Notes under the pieces: generated by a model
Database searches by the model: none
The model's input: the letters and a program-made list of their open reading frames with translations, nothing else
Told to the model about the DNA's origin: nothing
In this document: piece by piece, positions 17,477 to 28,346 of the stretch
Layout: each line of letters begins with the position of its first letter
How positions within the stretch are numbered: position 1 is the first letter of the stretch
Position numbers and translations under genes: made by a program
DNA from: an uncultured cyanobacterium
GTDB lineage: Bacteria > Cyanobacteriota > Cyanobacteriia > Cyanobacteriales > Nostocaceae
Direction: 5' to 3'
DNA: 64,000 bases
Assembly: GCA_963706595.1 (NCBI GenBank)
Contig: OY970166.1
Coordinates: 1,824,001-1,888,000 of the forward strand

Positions 17477-18424
17477 TTAACCCCTGATTTGGCGCAACAC
17501 GTTAACAGCCTGACCCCTTAAGCCAACAGGTAACAACGACAAACCCAAGCCAGTCAAAGCCTTAGCAGTAGAAAAAGACCTCCCCGCCAAAACTAGTTCC
17601 TTCCCTTTTTGGGTTTCACCTTTCTCAATTAAACGCAAACCCAATACTAATTGGGCTTCAGCTAGGCGATTTTGTCTAACTTTTTCTAACTTATCTGAAT
17701 CAAACTGATAATTTTCTAAATACCGAATTTTATCAAATAAATAAGGAACTTCTCTATTAATACCTTGCTGCTCCGCATGGTATCTATATTCCATCAATAA
17801 CTCAGATAAATAATAACCTTTTTTATCAGCCAAAGCCAGCCGGACAAATAAATCATTATCTTCACAATTTTGAATATTGGGCAGCATAAAACCCACTTCT
17901 TGTAAAGTCTGACGACGAAATAAAGTTGCCCCAATTTGAAAACTTTGGTTGATAAAAACTACCTCTAATAAATTCTCTACTATCCCGGCTTTTAAATTAG
18001 CCCGACCCCAGCGACGAGAATTTTCCTGTGTCTTTGACTCATCCCGGATATTTTCAATATCAATTATCCAATGATCTGTACCCACAAAATCAATGCTAGA
18101 ATCTTGATCAAGTATTGCCGCAGTCTTTGCTAAAAAATTAGTTGTTAGCCGATCATCATCATCAAATTTAATAAAATATTCACCCTGCGCCGCATCAAAA
18201 CCAGAGCGCATATTATTGCTTTTACCAATATTTTGCGAATGACGGATATATTTAATCCGGTTGTCTGTGTACTGTGACATTAATTCAGGTGTGCCATCAG
18301 TTGAGCCATCATCACAAACAATTAGTTCAAAATCTTGATAAGATTGCTGAAGTACGCTTTCTATGGCGTAAGGCAGGAGATTTTGCCGATTAAATGTAGG
18401 AATGCAAACACTAATTTTAGTCAC
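17477..18424 (-). CDS. Glycosyltransferase family 2
   Basis: SVCIPTFNR, VCDDGSTD, KFDDDD, EDNDL. Confidence 0.9.
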   Translation of the reverse strand: MTKISVCIPTFNRQNLLPYAIESVLQQSYQDFELIVCDDGSTDGTPELMSQYTDNRIKYIRHSQNIGKSNNMRSGFDAAQGEYFIKFDDDDRLTTNFLAKTAAILDQDSSIDFVGTDHWIIDIENIRDESKTQENSRRWGRANLKAGIVENLLEVVFINQSFQIGATLFRRQTLQEVGFMLPNIQNCEDNDLFVRLALADKKGYYLSELLMEYRYHAEQQGINREVPYLFDKIRYLENYQFDSDKLEKVRQNRLAEAQLVLGLRLIEKGETQKGKELVLAGRSFSTAKALTGLGLSLLPVGLRGQAVNVLRQIRG

Positions 18425-18762
18425 AGGTATTACTTTTAAATAAAATTACAACTTCATCAGAGTTTTGAATATTACTTACTATTTTTAGATAGCAGACAAT
18501 ATAAATTCATCACGAACTGATACAATAACTAATAACCTTTATTTAACCTATAGTCTTCAGTAAAAGCAACAATTTATCTGTGAATATACACAAACTTCAT
18601 CATATTTGTCAAATATGTAATGTTCAGCGTTTAATTAGGGATTTTTCAGGAAAACTTGACAAAAAATCAATCAGAGATATTGATGATGACATTTAGCCTG
18701 AAATCACGGCATGGTATATGTGTCATATTTTAATTTAGTCCGATTTCCGGTTAATTGGTGAT

Positions 18763-20004
18763 ATGCACATTTTAATGCTGTCTTCTACCTTTCCCTATCC
18801 GCCAACACGGGGGGGAACTCAAGTGAGGACGTTTAATTTACTGAAATATTTGAGTCAACGTCATGTTATCACACTCGTGACTCAACGCGATGCCTGCGGC
18901 GATCTGCGCGATCGCGATGTGACGGAAGCTGAAATTGCCGAATTGCGGGACTGCGTAGATAATCTCGTTGTATTTGACCGTCCCCCAGATTCTGGCTCTG
19001 CATCGGGAATACTGAAGAAGATACAGCGCTTGAGCCAGTTTTACCTAGAGGGAACCCCTCCCAGCGTACTCAGCCGCTACTCCGTCCAGATGCAAGCATG
19101 GATTGATAACTTTGTAGAGCAGCAAAAATGTGATGTGATTACCTGCGAACATAGCGTCAATGAAATTTATGTGCGATCGCATTTTCAGAAATCTCTCAGA
19201 ACCATCGTCAATATCCATAGTTCTGTCTATGGTAGTTGTCTGAACCAGCTAACAACAGGCGTTTCTGAAAATAGACTCCGGGACAAAATTAATCTGCCGC
19301 TTTTACGTCGTTACGAACAAAGATATGGTGCGAAATTTTCAGCCATGGTTGTAACTACAGAAGATGATAAAAGTCAACTAGAAAAATTTCATCCTCAGAG
19401 GGAAATTACAATTATTCCCAATGGCGTTGATTTGCTGACATTTCCCAACCGTACAACTGATCCCGGAGGATATAAATTAGTATTTATTGGGGCAATGGAT
19501 AATTTAGCCAACATTGATGCTGTTTGCTTCTTCAGCAATCAAATTTTACCAGAAATTCAAAAACATTATCCCCAAACAACTTTTGATATTGTCGGTTCTC
19601 GTCCTGCGCCGGAAGTTTTAGCACTCACACAAAAACCAGGAGTTAATGTCACGGGAAAAGTGCCTTCAATGGTAGATTATTTACACAAATCAACAGTCTG
19701 TGTTGTGCCGATGCGGACAGGCTTTGGGATTAAAAATAAAACATTAGAAGCAATGGCCTCTGGTGTGCCGGTAGTAGCAAGCGATCGCGGTTTAGAAGGA
19801 CTAGCCATAGACACTCCAATCCGGGCATTACGTGCCAATAAACCAGCCGATTACGTCGCCGCCATTAGTCAACTCTTTGAGAGTCCCCAACTGCGTGATC
19901 AATTGTCCCATAACGGTAGACAACTTGTAGAAACCGAATTCACCTGGGCGATCGCCGGAAAACGTTATGAACAAGTTTGTTTGGGAGGTAATCATCAACA
20001 GTAG
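18763..20004 (+). CDS. Glycosyltransferase family 4
   Basis: PYPPTRGG, IPNGVD, GIKNKTLEAMASGVPVV. Confidence 0.9.
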   Translation: MHILMLSSTFPYPPTRGGTQVRTFNLLKYLSQRHVITLVTQRDACGDLRDRDVTEAEIAELRDCVDNLVVFDRPPDSGSASGILKKIQRLSQFYLEGTPPSVLSRYSVQMQAWIDNFVEQQKCDVITCEHSVNEIYVRSHFQKSLRTIVNIHSSVYGSCLNQLTTGVSENRLRDKINLPLLRRYEQRYGAKFSAMVVTTEDDKSQLEKFHPQREITIIPNGVDLLTFPNRTTDPGGYKLVFIGAMDNLANIDAVCFFSNQILPEIQKHYPQTTFDIVGSRPAPEVLALTQKPGVNVTGKVPSMVDYLHKSTVCVVPMRTGFGIKNKTLEAMASGVPVVASDRGLEGLAIDTPIRALRANKPADYVAAISQLFESPQLRDQLSHNGRQLVETEFTWAIAGKRYEQVCLGGNHQQ

Positions 20005-20595
20005 CCAGTAAAAAATTTAGAAAAAAAGGAGTGAGTAGCAGCGATCATATTTATACCGCCGCCATCACTCCTTTGACCTCGCGCGTTGATAAGCTGTTAT
20101 GCTTATTTCCAAATACAGCACATTAATTTCTAACTTTTATCTAACCAAAGTTCCTAATAATTGTTAAGGCATTAGGTGATTAACTATACTTTTAGCTTTT
20201 AAGAGAGAACAAATCAAAGCATATTCCTAGTGGCTGTGGTGAACGTAGAACTCAGCATCGGGGATTGATTGTATTCCCAAACACAAAATAACTTAAAATT
20301 AACCCTATACCTAAGTTAGTAGTAGACTGACTCCTGCGGTGGACGTTAGAGACAAAAATAGTAGTTACCGTCATAAATGAAGGCAATAATCATCACAAAG
20401 ATTAGATACAAAACAGTTAAAGAAAGTGTATTTTTTTTCGGACTGAGATATAGGGAAACAGAACTTAAGTTGGTAAAAATCCCTAAAAGCGCCTAAAATT
20501 CTGGTTCGTATCCATTTGGATATCAGAAAAAGTTGGCATTCCTCCTCATCAAGAAGCTGATAGTACAAGCATTCAAAGCCGGGGGCATATTGATT

Positions 20596-21015
20596 ATGGA
20601 CTGGTCTAAAAATCTACAGCAATTCCAAGAATTCGTATTATTCAAATTTCCCCAACCACCATACTTTTTACTTTTTATTGGCTTATTAATTAGCTTTCTT
20701 TGTGGATTACCATTTGCGATAACTCTACAACAACGAGTGCAAGATTGGATTCAAAATCATTCTCCTACCACTTTACCCAGATGGGCAAAATTTCAACTTT
20801 CAATTCCTTTTATCGGAACTGCCATTGGTGTTGCTATCACCTTAGCCTCCATGTTAGAAATTTTTGGTTTACCAACTCTACCTGCTTATTTGACATCTTT
20901 GCTAGTCACAGCTTTAGTGGCTGCATGGGTTTGGGCAGAAATCGGACACCTTTTAGGCAGAAGACTTTTACGTTCCTATTTAGCTAAGTCTTCAAAATTG
21001 TCTCACCAAAGGTAG
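20596..21015 (+). CDS. Hypothetical membrane protein
   Basis: Three hydrophobic segments; FPQPPYFLL motif; ATG at 20596. Confidence 0.65.
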   Translation: MDWSKNLQQFQEFVLFKFPQPPYFLLFIGLLISFLCGLPFAITLQQRVQDWIQNHSPTTLPRWAKFQLSIPFIGTAIGVAITLASMLEIFGLPTLPAYLTSLLVTALVAAWVWAEIGHLLGRRLLRSYLAKSSKLSHQR

Positions 21016-21368
21016 AAGTAAGTTTTAATCACAAACTGTAAACTTTTAAGAAGTTAAATATATGTAGACACATAAGAATTACCAATCGTTACTATAGAAG
21101 TTTCGCTCTGCCATCTTTAAATAGTTAATAATTTAGCGGAAATTGCAACATTTTCGTTACCCAAGTGCTGAAATACCGATTTTGTGGTAGGTTCAAGAAT
21201 TAGTAGAACACTTGAATATCTGCATCTATTCAGTGTTCTGAGGGGCAGCAATTGCAGCTGATGCAAAGTTTGATGATTGGACATCTTCAAAAGTGGCGCA
21301 ATTGATCTCAGTCTGGATCTAATGGACTTTTTTGCTCAACCTCTGCAAGCAAGTAGCGGGAATTTAAG

Positions 21369-22532
21369 GTGAACATAGAACAATTCATTCAACGCACAGA
21401 AGCACTGCACAGCCGTTTAGCAGATTTGTACCAAACCGCTAGCGTCTTACCTTGGATTCCACCCGAACTACTGCCTCAAGCTTTTAAGGAACTCTATAGC
21501 ACCTCCAAAATGGTGCAGTTAGCGGCAGAGGAACTTTATCAGCAAAATGAAGAACTGATCCAAACACGCAATTGGCTAGAAGCTGAACGCCAACGCTACC
21601 AAGATTTATTCGAGTTTGCACCAGACGGCTATTTAGTCACTAATGCCGAAGGAATCATCCAACAAGCTAATCTAGCCGCAGCGCAATTGTTCAACGTTTC
21701 TAGGCAATTACTCGTAGGTAAACCAATAGTTAATTTTATCCGCCTCGAAGAACGACAACCCTTTCGCTGTGAACTCAGCCAGCTATGCCAGACGGATAGA
21801 GTTAGAGAGTTAGTAGTGCGTCTGCAAAATAATCATGGCGAGTCTTTTGACGCAGCTTTCACAGTGGCTGTAGTGCGTAATCAACAGGGTAGCCCCAACT
21901 CCCTGCGGTGGCTGTTGCGTAATATCAGTGAACGTCAGAAAAAGAAAACAGAACAAATCGACAATCACAGTGATCTAATTCAGGATCGCCCTGTACATAA
22001 ACATCCTAAAGGAGAAACTATTCCTCTCAATCCTTTAGTCGTTTGGTATGTTCGCCAGGGCTTAGTTAAGCTCAATACTTTTTGTGAAACTGGCGAAGAA
22101 ATATTGATAGGACTAGCTACACAAGATATGGTCTTTGGCTCTAACATGACTTCTTTACCCATTTATCAAGCTACAGCTTTGTCAGATGTGGAATTAGTCT
22201 CAATTTACGTATCAGAAATAGCAGTCAACCCAATTTTGAGCCATATTTTATTACCAAAAATCAATCAACGCTTACAACAAACAGAATCTTTTTTAGTCAT
22301 TGCTGGTAAACGCCGGATTGAAGAAAGACTGTACCATTTCTTACAACTTTTAAAACAACAAATTGGCGAGCCTGTAGTGGGAGGAACTCGCTTAGGTGTT
22401 CGCTTCACTCATGAAGATATCGCTAGTGCTTGCTGTACTACTAGAGTGACAATTACCAGATTGATGGGAAAATTACAACAACAAGGTTTAATTAGTTTTG
22501 ACTCCAAAAAATATATTATTTTGAAAGACTAA
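21369..22532 (+). CDS. Coiled-coil + PAS + Crp/Fnr-type HTH transcriptional regulator
   Basis: RYQDLFEFAPDGYLVTN (PAS); FTHEDIASACCTTRVTITRLMGKL (Crp HTH). Confidence 0.85.
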   Translation: MNIEQFIQRTEALHSRLADLYQTASVLPWIPPELLPQAFKELYSTSKMVQLAAEELYQQNEELIQTRNWLEAERQRYQDLFEFAPDGYLVTNAEGIIQQANLAAAQLFNVSRQLLVGKPIVNFIRLEERQPFRCELSQLCQTDRVRELVVRLQNNHGESFDAAFTVAVVRNQQGSPNSLRWLLRNISERQKKKTEQIDNHSDLIQDRPVHKHPKGETIPLNPLVVWYVRQGLVKLNTFCETGEEILIGLATQDMVFGSNMTSLPIYQATALSDVELVSIYVSEIAVNPILSHILLPKINQRLQQTESFLVIAGKRRIEERLYHFLQLLKQQIGEPVVGGTRLGVRFTHEDIASACCTTRVTITRLMGKLQQQGLISFDSKKYIILKD

Positions 22533-22634
22533 GTTATTTATTTTGTGTAAATGCTGCTGGTATAGATCGCATATTTGAACTTGGGAAAGATGAGGGAGCA
22601 GGGAAAATATTTAATATTTTCCCGCTCACCCCCG

Positions 22635-23588
22635 TCATCTCCCTCGGCTGACTTCTAACATCAACTTTGAATCCCAAGTGTAGTAGCCAATTCTCTCAGG
22701 GACTCTAGAAAATCGCCCGGTGCGATAGCCTCGTGATAGTTCATTCAGCACTTTAGTTTTTACTTCTCGCACTTGCTGCTCATCTAGTTCTCCATAAAGA
22801 CCGGTGATGATGTCCGCAACACTAAAAACTCTTCCGGAATGTTTCTCTAAGAAATCGGAAAGAGCATCGATCAAAAATTGACCCTCAAATTCTGCCAGCA
22901 TGGGGACTACATTTGTATTCGCGGCTGGAAGCGGTTTTTTGTGTTTGTATTTGCCAGTTTGAGAGTAGCCTTTAGTCTTGTTGGAGTTGACTAAACTTAA
23001 GTTAAGAGTGTAGCAACCCGGCTCGTCAGGAATCCCCGCCCAAGCTTTTCTTTCTCTACCCTGTGTCAGTGAGGATTGGACTCTACCTTTGACAACTTTG
23101 AAGATGGGCGGGTCTAAATCTCCATAAAGCGATCGCACAATGAAATCGATATGACAAACAGCGCCAATATGTTCGTACAACAGACTCTTGATAGCTTCCA
23201 TGCGACTTTCATGTTGATACTCCGGTAGCATGGGAATATCTGGTACTTTGATTGATTTACTTTGATCCGAATCATTTATCTCCCAGTTGTCTGAGTCTTT
23301 AAGTTCAGACTGAGTAGAATTAAGACTTTGATCAGGTACGGATAAAAGTGAGTCCTTTTCAGGAGGTGAGGAGGAAACCTGTGGAAGCATCTTGACTTGT
23401 GCGCCATTAGTATTAACATCTGATGCACAAGAGCCGTTAGACAACAAAGCATCTACATGAGCGAGCTGCGATCGCGCCTGTGTGTATAAGCTTTCATACT
23501 CTTCTACGAGGCGAGCATAGTAGTCTCGTAATTCTAACAGTGGAGAGACAAAAGCTTCAGGGGGTTCTAATGGTAAGAGATTATTCAT
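22635..23588 (-). CDS. Hypothetical protein: coiled coil plus two internally repeated domains
   Basis: Internal repeat PML.E...LYG.L....VK..V...L..G....P...G.YT occurs twice. Confidence 0.7.
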   Translation of the reverse strand: MNNLLPLEPPEAFVSPLLELRDYYARLVEEYESLYTQARSQLAHVDALLSNGSCASDVNTNGAQVKMLPQVSSSPPEKDSLLSVPDQSLNSTQSELKDSDNWEINDSDQSKSIKVPDIPMLPEYQHESRMEAIKSLLYEHIGAVCHIDFIVRSLYGDLDPPIFKVVKGRVQSSLTQGRERKAWAGIPDEPGCYTLNLSLVNSNKTKGYSQTGKYKHKKPLPAANTNVVPMLAEFEGQFLIDALSDFLEKHSGRVFSVADIITGLYGELDEQQVREVKTKVLNELSRGYRTGRFSRVPERIGYYTWDSKLMLEVSRGR

Positions 23589-23599
23589 AAAGCTTTAAA

Positions 23600-23845
23600 T
23601 CATCCTAAATCGATATCACTTTTGTAAGTCATGGCTCTAGGTTTTGCTTTTTGAGATGACTGATGAGATTTTTTTGGTGCTTGCGGTGGTCGGCATTGCT
23701 CACAATATAATGGGCGCGGACCGAAAGTTTCCCGTTGTGTAGTTTGGTCGCATTGCTTACAGACAAAATGGAAAACACGAGTATGAATCTGTCTTTTATG
23801 CGCCCGGACAGTATATTCTCTAACATCAATGAACTTACTAGGCAT
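23600..23845 (-). CDS. Small Zn-ribbon-like hypothetical protein
   Basis: CKQC...CEQC; 11 bp upstream of the 317-aa gene. Confidence 0.7.
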   Translation of the reverse strand: MPSKFIDVREYTVRAHKRQIHTRVFHFVCKQCDQTTQRETFGPRPLYCEQCRPPQAPKKSHQSSQKAKPRAMTYKSDIDLG

Positions 23846-24575
23846 AATCCAAAGGAGTGAATTTGATTCCTATCAATATAGCTATTCAAGCAAATTAAAT
23901 CGTATCCGTGTATCTTCGATTGTAAGTTTTATTCAAATCAGTGATTTTGGCTCAGAGTAACTAGCAAGTAACCAAGAGGCTATCTGCTTGAGATACATAT
24001 AGTTAATTATCACCATTCAAGTGTCGATCGCTTCTATACCTCTGAGGTACTAAATATAGAAAATTAGACATATTTCTCCAAAATTTATGACAAATTGGCG
24101 GGAGTGTTTATCTTGTACTTCAGTCCATCAGTTTTTATGCTGGTCAGCAAAGGTAATTAAAGACCATCTCACAATAGCAGGAGGCGGTAATCTGATTAAA
24201 CCCTCTTAGACATCTCCCATAAAAAATGTAGAGACGTTGTATCCAACATCTCTACAAAGGTTTACTATCCTGATCACAATATTTTTAGAATCTACCTTGC
24301 GAAAGATTTCAGGATTTCGTTTAGCTTAAAAAAGACACCTTGTAGTCAGGATTTATACCTTATACAAAGTGTCTGATTGTGAGAACTCAAGCTGACTCCA
24401 ACTGACAATTGATCACTAATTAACCAGATGGGACAGATTACCTACCACTGCCACGATCTCGCTTGATTGGATTAAGCCAGTGTAATTTACAACGGTTGAT
24501 AGAATTACTGAAATTTGTCACTTGATTACTTGGGTTTTTATCGAAACAAAAAAAAATATTATTCATCTGCTGAAT

Positions 24576-24887
24576 TTAAAAGTCTTGATTTTTAAATTTA
24601 CTAACTGAAGTAGTAAAGTCATAAATTGAATTTACCAGAGCTAGATGTTCTTGATTACTCAGATGGCAGTTTTTATAAGAATCATCTAAAAAATAGATCA
24701 GCGCCAAAGTTGCAGATTCTAGCTTTGCCCTTTTCCTTGCTGCCCTAATAGCTTGATATAGTTCGGGATAAATATGGTTATTGCTAATTCCTATTTGCTC
24801 ATCTGGCATCCAACACTTAAATGCATAACCTTCAGGCAATGGGATAACTTCAATTAACCAACCATGATATGAATCTTGCCATTTCAT
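24576..24887 (-). CDS. Hypothetical protein
   Basis: 103-aa ATG ORF with plausible composition. Confidence 0.55.
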   Translation of the reverse strand: MKWQDSYHGWLIEVIPLPEGYAFKCWMPDEQIGISNNHIYPELYQAIRAARKRAKLESATLALIYFLDDSYKNCHLSNQEHLALVNSIYDFTTSVSKFKNQDF

Positions 24888-25080
24888 TCACAATTCATCT
24901 CTTAGTTCAGTGATTAAGGTTTTTACTTGACATTTTTATATGTAAGGCGAATTATATAACCTATATATGTAATCCCTGTGCAGAATTTGTGTAGAATTTG
25001 GGTAGAAGAATTAAGTAACACTTTTTACATATTATCAACTACAAAGTGCTACAGTAATTGTACATAAAACCAGATAATTC

Positions 25081-25773
25081 CTATTTGAGGCGATAACCCA
25101 GTCCATGAACTGTTTGAATAAAATCTTCTGGCGCACCTAAAGCTCTCAGTTTTTGCCGGAGACATTTAATATGAGACCTGACAGTTTCCTCTACAGGAGA
25201 ATCATCCACAGACCAAACCTGCTCAATGATGCTAGAACGGCTCAACACCCTTCTGCCATTAGCAACCAATAATTCTAAAATGGCGTATTCTTTTGGTGTT
25301 AATGTTAAAGGGTGACTATTATAAATCACCTCATAGGTACTGGAATTAAGGTGCAATTTTTCCCAAGATAATGTTACTGTACTGACAGAACTACCTCGTC
25401 TGAGTAAAGCCCGTATCCGAGCCATTAACTCTTCTAAATCAAACGGTTTAGCCACATAATCATCGGCTCCTGCATCCAAGCCAGCTATCTTGTCAGCGAC
25501 AGTATCACGAGCGGTTAACATTAACACTGGTGCGCCACAATTGCGATGTGCAGGATGACTTGTGCCAGCAGTGCGTAAGCGTTGACAAAACCTGATACCA
25601 TCTAGTTTTGGCAGTGTGACATCCAGCAGCACCAAGTCATATTTCATCGATTCGGCTGAATTCCAAGCAGCTTCGCCATCTTTGGCAACATCTACTACAT
25701 ATTGCCTTCTAATTAACGCTTCTGTTAGTACTTCTGCCAGTTGGATATCATCTTCAACTACAAGAATTCGCAT
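25081..25773 (-). CDS. OmpR-family response regulator
   Basis: ILVVEDD, LLDVTLP, GADDYVAKPF, TVHGLGYRL. Confidence 0.93.
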   Translation of the reverse strand: MRILVVEDDIQLAEVLTEALIRRQYVVDVAKDGEAAWNSAESMKYDLVLLDVTLPKLDGIRFCQRLRTAGTSHPAHRNCGAPVLMLTARDTVADKIAGLDAGADDYVAKPFDLEELMARIRALLRRGSSVSTVTLSWEKLHLNSSTYEVIYNSHPLTLTPKEYAILELLVANGRRVLSRSSIIEQVWSVDDSPVEETVRSHIKCLRQKLRALGAPEDFIQTVHGLGYRLK

Positions 25774-25800
25774 AATATATCCTTTATTACGTAAAAACTA

Positions 25801-25863
25801 AAGGTTTGTAGTAAGGACTTTAGTCCTCAAATAAGGAAGGGCTGAGAGCAATTACTACGAACT
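25801..25863. repeat. Dispersed repeat with an inverted copy at ~34268-34326
   Basis: aaggtttgtagt.aggactttagtcct...aagggctgagagcaattactacga matches the reverse complement of the 34.3-kb segment. Confidence 0.75.
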
Positions 25864-25933
25864 TAATTACAACAATTTAACTGTAAGCGATTGTAATTAT
25901 AACGATTAAACGAGTTATTTTTTCACCAATTCT

Positions 25934-27316
25934 ATGAAACAGAAATTTATGAAATGGTCTTTCCCAGGAAAATGGATTATTGGCGGGTTTGGTTTAACCT
26001 TGTTGCTGATGGGTGTAGTTACCTTTGCTTCATTTAAAAGCACAACTGAAATCAAACAGGGGGCTGATAGGATACAAAATACTTATCAAACTCTCAATAC
26101 TTTGACCAACTTTTATGCGTCGATGACAGCCGCAGAATCAGCCCGGCGAGGATATATATTTTTAGGAAGTAGTCAAGATTTACAGCGACATCAAAATGAA
26201 GTAGCGAATATGCAAACTGAACTCAAGCTGTTAGAGGAACAAATACATCCTAGTTTGAGTCAACAAGAAAGATTTTCACAGTTGAATTTATTAGTAAATC
26301 AAAGATTAGCTCTTTTAGAAGAATCTATAGAACTTTATCAGACAGATAAAACGGCATTACAAATGCAAAATGATATTACTGAGCGTAGCGTTAAATTTAG
26401 AGAAGAAATACGTCCAGTGATAGCAGACATTAAAGCTGAAGAACAAAGTTATCTCAGAGCGACACTAGAGCAATCTCATGGTAGTATTAATTTCAGAATC
26501 TGGATCGAAATATTGGGGACAATTTTAAGTCTTGCCGTTATTTCTAGTTTATGTATTATCCTGAATCGTCAATGGGTAAAACACGATCAAATTGAGTCTT
26601 TAGAAGTTTCTCTGGCTCAACAAAAAGAATTCAGTGAGTTAAAAGTTCGCTTATTTGCGATGATTTCTCATGAGTTTCGCACACCTTTGAGTATTATTTT
26701 GCTGTCGTCGCAGTTGTTAAGTGAAACTCTGAAGGATGTGGTAGATGAGCAGCAGGTAAAAAATCTCTACCGGATTCAGTCTTCAGCTAAATTAATGAAT
26801 CATTTATTAACGGATATTTTAACTTTAACTAGGGCTGAAGCCGATAAACTAGATTACACACCTCAATTGATTAATGTCGAAAATTTTTGTTTGAATTTGG
26901 TAGAGGATTTACAGCTTTTTGGCACTACATCCCATGTTATAGAATTCAGAAATTATGGGCAGTGTTTCCGTGCTAATATAGATGAAAAGCTGTTGTACTC
27001 TATTTTGAGTAATTTACTATTGAATGCCATTAAATATTCCTTTGCTGGTGGTCATATATATTTAATTTTAAATTCTGAAGCTGAATATATAGTTTTTCAG
27101 GTAATAGATGAAGGTATAGGTATTCCACCAGAGGAACAACCAAAAATTTATGAGCTTTTATACCGATGTCAAAATGTGGAAAATATTGTTGGTATTGGTT
27201 TGGGTTTACCTGTGGTGAAAAAATGTGTGGAACGACATCAAGGTGAAATTACGATGAAAAGTGCTGTAGGTGTGGGAACAACTTTTACGGTGAGGATTCC
27301 GCATCAGAATAAATAA
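25934..27316 (+). CDS. CHASE3-domain sensor histidine kinase
   Basis: TM-AESARRGYI(CHASE3)-TM; SHEFRTPL, NLLLNAIKYS, DEGIGI, GLGL; divergent from the response regulator. Confidence 0.92.
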   Translation: MKQKFMKWSFPGKWIIGGFGLTLLLMGVVTFASFKSTTEIKQGADRIQNTYQTLNTLTNFYASMTAAESARRGYIFLGSSQDLQRHQNEVANMQTELKLLEEQIHPSLSQQERFSQLNLLVNQRLALLEESIELYQTDKTALQMQNDITERSVKFREEIRPVIADIKAEEQSYLRATLEQSHGSINFRIWIEILGTILSLAVISSLCIILNRQWVKHDQIESLEVSLAQQKEFSELKVRLFAMISHEFRTPLSIILLSSQLLSETLKDVVDEQQVKNLYRIQSSAKLMNHLLTDILTLTRAEADKLDYTPQLINVENFCLNLVEDLQLFGTTSHVIEFRNYGQCFRANIDEKLLYSILSNLLLNAIKYSFAGGHIYLILNSEAEYIVFQVIDEGIGIPPEEQPKIYELLYRCQNVENIVGIGLGLPVVKKCVERHQGEITMKSAVGVGTTFTVRIPHQNK

Positions 27317-27372
27317 AGAAACCTCACCCCAACCCTCTCCTTATTAAGGAGAGGGAGCCGGAACACAAAGAT

Positions 27373-27405
27373 AGATCCCCGACTTCTTCAAGAAGTCGGG
27401 GATCT
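27373..27405. repeat. 33-bp palindrome AGATCCCCGACTTCTT-C-AAGAAGTCGGGGATCT (identical copy at 45447-45479)
   Basis: Perfect 16-bp arms; two exact copies, each downstream of a gene. Confidence 0.85.
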
Positions 27406-27561
27406 GAGCCTCGCGAAATGATGACTGAGACACAAGTAAAAAATATTTTATCGGAATATTGTTGCAGACTTCCGATTTCGATATCAGCCTTCTGACAGTG
27501 TATGCTGCACAGTCGAGGCGTTTAGGCTGAGGATATCACTTGCATTGTAGAGGAATTGATT

Positions 27562-27771
27562 ATGCCTAGTGGTCACGCCAGTCATAAAGGCACTTCGGAT
27601 AAACCTAATACTAATACTGAAGGTCGGATGGATATTGCTGCTGATAAATCCATCGATCCTGATGAGGTTTTACCTGAAGGTGCTACTACAAATACAACCA
27701 GAACTCAAGAGTTTGTCGATTATCCTCCGGCTATTCAACGCCCTGGGGAGGATGTGAAAACGGAGGAATAA
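27562..27771 (+). CDS. Small hydrophilic hypothetical protein
   Basis: GAGGA RBS before ATG; 69 aa. Confidence 0.6.
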   Translation: MPSGHASHKGTSDKPNTNTEGRMDIAADKSIDPDEVLPEGATTNTTRTQEFVDYPPAIQRPGEDVKTEE

Positions 27772-27914
27772 AATACAGAACCTCTCTCCAAACCTCTCTC
27801 CTACAAGGAGAGAGGCTTTGAATTCTCCCCATTCCCTTGTAGGGAAGGGGGTTGGGGGGTTAGGTTTCTACTTGGTGAATCCTAGATTATGATTGCAGTT
27901 ATAGGAGGAAAATT

Positions 27915-28343
27915 ATGAGTGATTTTGGTAAGAAAAGGTTGGAGGCTGTTTTAGCGATCGCAACTTATTCTATAGGTAGTGGTACGGCTTCAGCTGCACC
28001 AACTCCAGGAGGGGAAATTCCTAGACAGTTGATTCTCACGGCTTCTGATATCCTCATGTATATCAGCATTTGGAGAATTTATTTTCAGGAAGATTTATCT
28101 CGTCAAGGTCTTTTAGATATTTTGGCAGAATTAGGTTTAGTGACGGTCAGCGCCGCCGGGACAGCCTATATAGTGACTAAAGCTAGTACGGCTATTTTGA
28201 AGGAAATTACTAACTGGACTGGACCTTTGGGGTGGGGTGTGACAGCTGCGATCGCAGGTTCCCTGAGTGGGTTATTTGGGGTAGTCTGGGCTTTATATTG
28301 CGATCGCCTGGCTTCGGAACGAAAACTTCAAAATCATACCTAA
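27915..28343 (+). CDS. Hypothetical membrane-associated protein (DUF697-like)
   Basis: AGGAGG RBS; Gly/Ala-rich hydrophobic helices. Confidence 0.6.
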   Translation: MSDFGKKRLEAVLAIATYSIGSGTASAAPTPGGEIPRQLILTASDILMYISIWRIYFQEDLSRQGLLDILAELGLVTVSAAGTAYIVTKASTAILKEITNWTGPLGWGVTAAIAGSLSGLFGVVWALYCDRLASERKLQNHT

Positions 28344-28346
28344 AGC

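Noticed and set aside
25540..25580. Possible repeat-derived insert (TAGTSHPA) in the response regulator
   Set aside because: Looks like an extra loop, but it is too degenerate to tie to a repeat family without alignments.
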